Part shown: positions 57,810-64,000 of the stretch, piece after piece
Numbering within the stretch: the first letter of the stretch is position 1
Layout of the letters: the number at the start of each line of letters is the position of its first letter
Assembly (NCBI GenBank): GCA_021777565.1
Contig: JAJYDJ010000001.1
Span: 24,431-88,430, forward strand
Direction: 5' to 3'
DNA length: 64,000 nt
Source: a bacterium
Lineage (GTDB): Bacteria; Patescibacteriota; Microgenomatia; Levybacterales; UBA12049
Notes under the pieces: generated by a model
Database searches by the model: none
Told to the model about the DNA's origin: nothing
The model's input: only the letters and a program-made list of their open reading frames with translations
Program-made: the position numbers and the translations under genes

Positions 57810-58532
57810 TTGTATATACTAGAAAAAGAGGAGAATAAATTTATGGCGATGAAGAAATCAGACATTGCACGTTTTTTGATCCTGAGAAGTATTGGGAATT
57901 TTCTCGTGTTATTTGGCCTTTTTGGTGTGGGTATGACCTTTGGTCCTGCCTTGTATGAAGAAGGTCGATACCAGCTGGATCGTATGGAAGGAGTGACGTA
58001 CGTTGTGGCAACTCCTCATCAAAATCCATTCACTGGAGCCTTCTCAAACGTTATTGCCCAGACTGGGAATGTGCATGTTTTGGTCCCACCAGATCCATTT
58101 TTTAGTATCGTCATTCCCAAAATAGGTGCTGCCGAGAGAGTGATCCCAAATGTGGATACCACCAATCAGGCTGAGTATGTTGCTGCACTGCAGAAAGGCA
58201 TTGCCCATGCAAAAGGAAGTGTCTTCCCAGGGCTCAAAGGGACAACCTACCTTTTTGCCCATTCAACTGACAGCTGGTGGAATGTAGGAAGATACAATGC
58301 GGTGTTTTATCTCCTGAAAGATTTGACGGTGGGAGATGATGTCTATGTCTTCTTTAATGGGGTCAGATATAACTATAAGGTGGTAAAGACAGAAATTATT
58401 GATCCATCCGATGTGTCACTCCTGGTGAATGCCCAGACATCTGATGAGCAGTTAGTACTCCAAACCTGCTGGCCTCCGGGAACGACCTTCAAACGTCAGA
58501 TGGTGATCGCAAAACTTATCGGAAGTAATTAA
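57810..58532 (+). CDS. Sortase (transpeptidase) with an N-terminal membrane anchor
   Basis: Catalytic motifs LFAHST (His), LVLQTCWP (TLxTC Cys) and FKRQMVIA (Arg). Divergent from the LPKTG protein. Confidence 0.7.
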   Translation: MYILEKEENKFMAMKKSDIARFLILRSIGNFLVLFGLFGVGMTFGPALYEEGRYQLDRMEGVTYVVATPHQNPFTGAFSNVIAQTGNVHVLVPPDPFFSIVIPKIGAAERVIPNVDTTNQAEYVAALQKGIAHAKGSVFPGLKGTTYLFAHSTDSWWNVGRYNAVFYLLKDLTVGDDVYVFFNGVRYNYKVVKTEIIDPSDVSLLVNAQTSDEQLVLQTCWPPGTTFKRQMVIAKLIGSN

Positions 58533-58533
58533 C

Positions 58534-59121
58534 TCATGCATTGAGGATAAGTTCGTTGTTTTTCCCCGCAATCATATCTCGAATTTGTCCGATCCTGGTC
58601 AAAAAAATGAGAGCAGTAACAAGGATGGTATATCCAAAAGAGAGAAGTGGCTGTCCAGTGATAAGTGTGAGAAATGGGACAAGGGCGGTGACGGCAAGGT
58701 GGGTAAAAAATGTCATATTGCTTTCTCGACGAATAAAGATCCACATAGCGATAAGTAGTAGCGCAAAAAACCACCCAAATAGGATGGCGAGAGTGCCGGC
58801 AAAAATGGGGAAACAATTGTCATATTTACTTTTAAATAATGGGAAAACTTGCCCAATAATACCCGCAAAACAAGCTCCGAGAATATACAGAGGGGTTGAG
58901 AGAAAATGAAGCGCTATCAGTGCGATAAGACAACCTGAGGCGAATTCGAAAACGATATTGGAAAAGACTTCGGCCTTTGTAATAAAAGGATATAGCCCAA
59001 GAAGTGATTGATGCAGCTTTTGTACAAAGCCTATCTTTTGTACCTCTTCGAAAAACATATCAGCAGATAGTGATCCGATAAGATAGTTGGTCAAAAAAAG
59101 TACTATAAGTGTAACGTACAT
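58534..59121 (-). CDS. Polytopic membrane protein, distantly PlsY-like
   Basis: 195 aa with five to six transmembrane helices. YLIGSL and VFPLFKSKYD loosely recall the PlsY motifs YLLGSI and HIFPVFLKFKGG. The GSGN.GATN motif is absent. Confidence 0.3.
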   Translation of the reverse strand: MYVTLIVLFLTNYLIGSLSADMFFEEVQKIGFVQKLHQSLLGLYPFITKAEVFSNIVFEFASGCLIALIALHFLSTPLYILGACFAGIIGQVFPLFKSKYDNCFPIFAGTLAILFGWFFALLLIAMWIFIRRESNMTFFTHLAVTALVPFLTLITGQPLLSFGYTILVTALIFLTRIGQIRDMIAGKNNELILNA

Positions 59122-59141
59122 TCTGGTAGCATTATTGTAAT

Positions 59142-60494
59142 ATGTCTCAGGAAAAGTTGCAAAAATGGCACCTAGGATTTGTCCTTTTGATTCTCATAAG
59201 CGTTGTTATCCGCCTGTGGGTCATGTCTGCGTCATTACAGCTTCGTGAACATACGGACGTCACTCGATACAAAGATTGGGCACGGATCGCGTACCTGTAT
59301 GGGTTTGCCGACAGCTATCTGCCCACACATCTCACCTTTGGCAATATGCCAAATAACCAACCGCCAGGAACATTGTATGTGCTGGATGGTGCCTATACTG
59401 CACAGCTTCGCGCGGCAAATATCTATATGAAGTTTACTCACCAAAAACCAGGGACAAATTTGTTTATCAATGGTCCACTGGTCAATATCTTTTTGCGCAT
59501 CCCATCACTTCTTGCAGATATCGTCATTGGTTTGCTTTTGTATGTTTTGATTGGGAGGTTGAAAGGGAATAGAACGTGGCAACTGATCGGCAGTGGCTTG
59601 TTTCTTCTCAATCCTGTGGTTATCTATAACAGTGCATTTTGGGGACAGATGGATAGTGTGAATAATGTATTTTTTATTCTTGCGCTGTTACTTCTCACAT
59701 ATAAAAAATATTTTGTTACGGTGCTTGTGTTTTTCTTGGGACTTTTTATCAAATTCTCACTTGTCATATTTTTGCCATTTCTTTTACTCTTTATATACCA
59801 GCAAGGAATTTCATGGCGACGACTTCTGTGGTATCCACTGATTGCCTGGATTATGCTTTGCAGCTTTAGTTTGCCTGTTACCAGTAATGCCTTTGTGTGG
59901 CTCACGAGTTTTTTACAAACAGCCAGTGGGGAAATGCAAAACGTGACGGTGTATGCATTTAACTTCTGGTGGATGCTGTTTCACCCTCATATGTATAGTA
60001 GCGTCTCTGCAGTCCAGAATTTGTATCAGTTCAGTAGTGTCAATCTGACAGGTGTACCGCTGGTGACGGCGCCACTTCTTGGGACGACGCTTTTGACATG
60101 GAGTTTGGTCCCGGTGTGTTTGCTCTTGGGGCTTTTGTTTGAACGCATGTGGCACGCAAAGCCAACCCTGACGCAAAGCATGTTCATTTCTGCGGTAGTT
60201 GCCCTAATGGTTTTCCTTTTTCTCCCAAGTAAGCATGCGCGGTACATGTATCCGATGTTTGCGCCACTCGCACTCTATATTGGGATAAAAAAACAATTTC
60301 TTTTAGAATTTATCATCTTGTCAGTGGCAAACATGTTGAATTTATATATGGTGTGGCATCCATTTGCGCTGTCGTGGTTCCCTCTGGGACTTATCAATAG
60401 TCAGGTGTTTCAGTGGGTGATTGCGACTGTTTCTGTCATGGTAGGTCTGTGGCTGTATATGCGCGTACTTCAGATGCTGCGATCAACGAGTTAA
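59142..60494 (+). CDS. Large polytopic membrane protein, possible GT-C-fold glycosyltransferase
   Basis: 450 aa with about 12 transmembrane segments. A large first periplasmic loop carries D/E and aromatic residues as in PMT/ArnT-like enzymes. Weak. Confidence 0.35.
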   Translation: MSQEKLQKWHLGFVLLILISVVIRLWVMSASLQLREHTDVTRYKDWARIAYLYGFADSYLPTHLTFGNMPNNQPPGTLYVLDGAYTAQLRAANIYMKFTHQKPGTNLFINGPLVNIFLRIPSLLADIVIGLLLYVLIGRLKGNRTWQLIGSGLFLLNPVVIYNSAFWGQMDSVNNVFFILALLLLTYKKYFVTVLVFFLGLFIKFSLVIFLPFLLLFIYQQGISWRRLLWYPLIAWIMLCSFSLPVTSNAFVWLTSFLQTASGEMQNVTVYAFNFWWMLFHPHMYSSVSAVQNLYQFSSVNLTGVPLVTAPLLGTTLLTWSLVPVCLLLGLLFERMWHAKPTLTQSMFISAVVALMVFLFLPSKHARYMYPMFAPLALYIGIKKQFLLEFIILSVANMLNLYMVWHPFALSWFPLGLINSQVFQWVIATVSVMVGLWLYMRVLQMLRSTS

Positions 60495-60530
60495 TTTGCA
60501 TTTGCCGTGCTATTTTGTTAGATTGGTGGT

Positions 60531-61244
60531 ATGCAACCCCGTGAAATCCTCGCCCAGGCAGTTGATGCACTGGAGCATGAACAAAACACTCATCGTGCAC
60601 TTGAGCTTGATCAACAGGCCGCACAAGAAGCAGAAAATGCTGGAGATTTGGCTACTGCAGCCGAGGCAAAATCTCATGAAGCCTTAGTTCTTAGAAGAAT
60701 CTATAGACAGACAGATGATCATCAGTATCTGGATCAGTCAGTACAGGTTGCTCGACAGTCCGTAGAACTTGCCAAACGACTTTCAGACACAAGCGCATGG
60801 ATGATGCCTCTTTTTAAAGCGGCCAGCTCATATTATGCAGCAGGTCTTGCACAGGAAGCAGTCGCAGCGATGGATGAGGCCATACAGATTATGCATACCA
60901 ATCCTCCTGCAACACACGATAGGCCATCAGTACTCCATGATATGCGCATACACCGAGAGTACTTTGCCTACCAGGCTGGGGACAAAACTGCTATTGATCG
61001 TTTGGAGCAGGCTATAGATGATTTACGTTCAGCAGGGGATCCGGACATCTATGCACTCGATGTATGGGCGAGTGGTGGGTATCTCAAAGCAGCTGAGGTA
61101 TTGGTAGATGATGATCCTGCCAGAGGGTTGGCAAATCTTATGAAGGCGCGAGATATTATTGCGGCAAATCCCGAATTGGTATTGAGAAGAAGTGATTGGA
61201 ATGCCCTGGCAGAGAGATATGGCAGGGGAGATTTATTTGCGTAA
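60531..61244 (+). CDS. Hypothetical Ala-rich protein, GC-rich
   Basis: 237-aa ORF with helical-repeat (TPR-like) composition at about 55% GC. Confidence 0.4.
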   Translation: MQPREILAQAVDALEHEQNTHRALELDQQAAQEAENAGDLATAAEAKSHEALVLRRIYRQTDDHQYLDQSVQVARQSVELAKRLSDTSAWMMPLFKAASSYYAAGLAQEAVAAMDEAIQIMHTNPPATHDRPSVLHDMRIHREYFAYQAGDKTAIDRLEQAIDDLRSAGDPDIYALDVWASGGYLKAAEVLVDDDPARGLANLMKARDIIAANPELVLRRSDWNALAERYGRGDLFA

Positions 61245-62237
61245 CAGCAGCTTCTCACCACGATGCCAGAGGTAATCAACTGCCAGAATCCCCGTTGTCG
61301 CCAAACCTGTTGAGATAATCCCATTGAATCGTTCTTTCCACTCTGCGATAACTGGTGAGACATGAAGGGCAATGTAGATATTGTAGATGTAAAGAAACGC
61401 CAAAAACTGCCATCCCAAAAGTGCAAGCGTATGTTTCCCAATGTATTCAAGAACTCGATTGGCATTGATAAGCATACTCAGAATAACGGTCATAAGGATG
61501 CCAGCAAGTGCTCCTATGTAAAAAAGAGCGTAGTTATTCAGGTGTCCAATACGCATATCAATCTGGTTCCCAAACCATTGAAAGTTGAGCTGTGCCGCAA
61601 TGAGCCATAGGGGGATAGACACGAGAAGGAGTTGCCACCGGTGAGATTGTATCCAGGAAGTGAGTTTTTGCTGTTCCATAAGGAGCGCGCCTGCACCGAA
61701 AAAAACAACGGCCGTGAATGCGGTCTCTAGGCCAAAAGGTAAATGACTGTCCGGGAAAAGTCTCGTGTAGGCAAATCCGAGTCCCGAGAAAAAGAATAAC
61801 CAAGTGATGATAAATGGAGTTGTTTTGGCATAGTTCTGGATACCGTAATAAAGCATTCTGGTCACAAAAAGGCAGGGGAGGAACCACAAAATTATGTTAT
61901 ATCCCAACCCTCCATTGGCACCACTGCCATAGATCACGCCCCAGAAGTCGCCCCAAAATCTCGCCCAGGTGAGTGGATTACTGTCAGTAAAATGTCCGAT
62001 GCCGTAGGTGGCAGCTGCCAAAAAAAGGTACGGAATCAGAAGCGTCTGGGTTGATCGTTTAAGAAAGTGTCTAAAAGGTGCGGGGTGAAAAAGCATGCCA
62101 GAGAGGAAAAAGAAAAACGGCATATGGAAGGCATAGATAAGATAGCGGTATTGCCTGTCATCGATCGTATGGCCATAAATGACCAACAACATTCCTATTC
62201 CGCGTGCGACATCGATCCAATGAATTCTTTCTTTCAT
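61233..62237 (-). CDS. Acyltransferase-3 (OatA-like) family membrane acyltransferase
   Basis: RIHWIDVARGIGMLLVIYGHT....FHMPFFFFLSGMLF is the conserved N-terminal acyl_transf_3 block. Ten transmembrane helices. Confidence 0.7.
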   Translation of the reverse strand: MKERIHWIDVARGIGMLLVIYGHTIDDRQYRYLIYAFHMPFFFFLSGMLFHPAPFRHFLKRSTQTLLIPYLFLAAATYGIGHFTDSNPLTWARFWGDFWGVIYGSGANGGLGYNIILWFLPCLFVTRMLYYGIQNYAKTTPFIITWLFFFSGLGFAYTRLFPDSHLPFGLETAFTAVVFFGAGALLMEQQKLTSWIQSHRWQLLLVSIPLWLIAAQLNFQWFGNQIDMRIGHLNNYALFYIGALAGILMTVILSMLINANRVLEYIGKHTLALLGWQFLAFLYIYNIYIALHVSPVIAEWKERFNGIISTGLATTGILAVDYLWHRGEKLLLRK

Positions 62238-62240
62238 GTG

Positions 62241-63014
62241 TTAGCTCAAGGCAGTATATTTCTCTTCAATGTGAGTGAGTGAATCTTTAAAGGTCTCAGG
62301 AGTAATATGCCACATGTCACCAAAGAAAGGATTATCAAGATCTTCAATAATGTATATGAGAAGTGCCAGACTAAAAACAAATGTTCCGGTTACCAGAGTA
62401 CCATAGTAGATATTTACAAATGGCATAAAGATAAACGTGATGACCATAAAGAAAGATGAGGCATAGAAAAAGACGCGGATAGGAAGGGGAAGTCTGAGAA
62501 TACATTTGTGGAGCCTCTCGGTACGCGTCTGGGCAAGATTGGCATAGTGATCAACGATGAGTCCAAAGACTTGTCCATCGTGATCATCATCGAATTTCAC
62601 ATGATTAATATCTTGTGCCAGTTGATCAAATGCTTGTTCTTCTGCAGGATGTTTTTTCCCTTTTTTGAGGTGTTTGAAATTATTGTCAACGATAATACTA
62701 ATGTAGGTTTTAACATTGGCATATACTTTCTCGCTAAATTTTTTATCGTGGAAATACGTAGAGAGGAGATACAATTTCTCAAGACCTGCGGCTTCCTGTT
62801 CGATCAAATATTTGGTGTTGTTAAATTTATTCCAGACTTCAACAACAATAAAGGCAGAAATGATGCCATAAAGTGCACCAAAGGCGACTAAATAGGCACT
62901 GATGCCACCCATATCAGCGAGATACTTGTCGGTATGCAGAAATGCCTGTGCTGTCATCATGAGTATGACTGAGAAAAGTGCAAGAAGGGTCGATTTAACA
63001 AAGACAGAAATCAT
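62241..63014 (-). CDS. Membrane protein of unknown function
   Basis: 257 aa with transmembrane helices at both ends. Contiguous with the acyltransferase gene. Confidence 0.4.
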   Translation of the reverse strand: MISVFVKSTLLALFSVILMMTAQAFLHTDKYLADMGGISAYLVAFGALYGIISAFIVVEVWNKFNNTKYLIEQEAAGLEKLYLLSTYFHDKKFSEKVYANVKTYISIIVDNNFKHLKKGKKHPAEEQAFDQLAQDINHVKFDDDHDGQVFGLIVDHYANLAQTRTERLHKCILRLPLPIRVFFYASSFFMVITFIFMPFVNIYYGTLVTGTFVFSLALLIYIIEDLDNPFFGDMWHITPETFKDSLTHIEEKYTALS

Positions 63015-63128
63015 ATATTGAGCATAGCAATCACAGGCTAGAGACGCAATGGCTCAAAGAAGTTGTCAAAGAGGTTGTGCTGCAGTACAATACCTACACT
63101 AATTAGTGATATTTATCACAATATAGAT

Positions 63129-64000
63129 ATGGCAATAACCGCAGAATCAATCGCAGAAGCAGGAAGAACAGAGCTCGGCCGAGTGTGTATGGACACCCAG
63201 TTGCGCTTAAACGTCATCGAGTCAGCAGATCCTGATGAACTCATCCCCGGGCAGCTTGAATCCGCACAACTTAACTACGCCATGGCACATGGGCTTGAAA
63301 GAGGCCAAGTGCGTGGGAATCTTTTTACGCCAGTACAAGAAGAGTTGGCACGAGATCCAGAAGATGAGATATGTACCCATGTGCTTCGCGAGATTGGTGT
63401 TAGGGAAGACATTATTGCTTGCTTTCATAGTTTGATGGCAGAAGGACGGTATAGGGATTTTCCTGAGACTGGAGTCGCTAACATCTGGAACTATGCACAG
63501 CATGTTATTAACTATAGAGCAATATACAGAATTCAAACTACCGATGAAGCTAGGGAAGATGTACATACGCTTTATCAACAGGCCATGGTAGAGTTCCTTG
63601 AAGCAGCTTATCGAGGAAGAGACGCTGTGGTCGTGAGTGAAGAGGCGCATGAGGCATTTGATGGCGTGAGAGACATACCAGAGGCAAGCCTAGAGGTGGC
63701 ACTTTCTGTGACGAGTCCATACTTGGAGTCTCTTGGTCAATCTGAGGACACGTATGACAGGGCAAATACTGCAGCCATTGTTGAACGCTTTGGCAATGAG
63801 CCGATGGTTCAAGAAGAGTTGATCACCTATACGCGTATGCTTTTGAGTGAAGGTGTCCCTATGGCACATATTGTGCTTTTGAGGGCCCATGCGGAGCAAC
63901 TTTTTGCACGAACCTATGCACATTTAGTGATACATCATCTTGAAGGGTCATCTCTGGCACGAGAGACGATGCAATATGTTGTGCAATCAGAACTACGCCA
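63129..64000 (+). CDS. Hypothetical protein, GC-rich, 5' portion (ORF runs off the window end; absent from the supplied ORF track)
   Basis: Frame 3 (ATG at 63129, so 63129 mod 3 = 0) is open for 290 codons to the window end with no stop codon, checked codon by codon. The composition is protein-like (MAITAESIAEAGRTELGRVCMDTQLRLNV...). Confidence 0.5.
   Translation, partial: MAITAESIAEAGRTELGRVCMDTQLRLNVIESADPDELIPGQLESAQLNYAMAHGLERGQVRGNLFTPVQEELARDPEDEICTHVLREIGVREDIIACFHSLMAEGRYRDFPETGVANIWNYAQHVINYRAIYRIQTTDEAREDVHTLYQQAMVEFLEAAYRGRDAVVVSEEAHEAFDGVRDIPEASLEVALSVTSPYLESLGQSEDTYDRANTAAIVERFGNEPMVQEELITYTRMLLSEGVPMAHIVLLRAHAEQLFARTYAHLVIHHLEGSSLARETMQYVVQSELR

Noticed and set aside
63222-63650. 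142-aa minus-strand ORF and other short ORFs at 63235-63923
   Set aside because: Antisense to, or out of frame with, the 290-codon open frame starting at 63129.

Overview
This 64 kb window is chromosomal DNA from a small-genome bacterium of about 40% GC. Its gene content (sortase with an LPXTG substrate, VKOR/DsbA, a GT39-like membrane glycosyltransferase, many small hypothetical proteins) suggests a Patescibacteria/CPR-like lineage, but that is inference only. Housekeeping genes I recognise are argS (3' end), an M16 peptidase, ndk, pepN, mreB, galU, rdgB, an MFS transporter, a P1B-type ATPase and the secE-nusG-rplK-rplA ... rplJ-rplL ribosomal cluster. Four tRNAs are present: Asn-GTT, Pro-CGG, Arg-CCT and Ser-CGA. 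Two AT-rich islands of about 33-36% GC sit at tRNA genes, and each starts with a large serine recombinase whose 3' end reads antisense through the tRNA. Island 1 (about 2.9-14.4 kb, at tRNA-Asn) carries an Ltp-like superinfection-exclusion lipoprotein, an XRE repressor, a Rep_trans-like initiator, a SpoVG-like protein, a 566-aa hypothetical protein and a cargo mini-cluster. The cargo is a nucleoside 2-deoxyribosyltransferase-like protein, a Gfo/Idh/MocA oxidoreductase, a TPP-dependent decarboxylase-like enzyme, a thymidylate-kinase-like P-loop kinase and an alpha/beta hydrolase. I regard this cargo as the best candidate for an undescribed nucleotide-centric modification or conflict system. Island 2 (about 29.6-35.3 kb, at tRNA-Arg next to tRNA-Pro) carries a second serine recombinase, an XRE regulator, small membrane proteins and a membrane protein with tandem FtsK-gamma winged-helix domains but no motor. 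Other points worth a second look are listed below. A 5' half-copy of tRNA-Asn lies immediately upstream of a YhbQ-like GIY-YIG gene that abuts the intact tRNA-Asn. Two MidA-family methyltransferase paralogues sit in tandem. There is a secreted protein with a dockerin domain. A sortase lies divergent from an LPXTG protein that has 87-bp tandem coding repeats and an (AAC)9 tract. The ribosomal cluster is interrupted by two membrane-protein genes. Ribosomal protein L1 has a roughly 100-aa N-terminal extension. Several GC-rich (about 55%) hypothetical genes are scattered through the window, including one running off its end that is missing from the ORF track. All calls rest on reading the motifs by eye; no searches were run.
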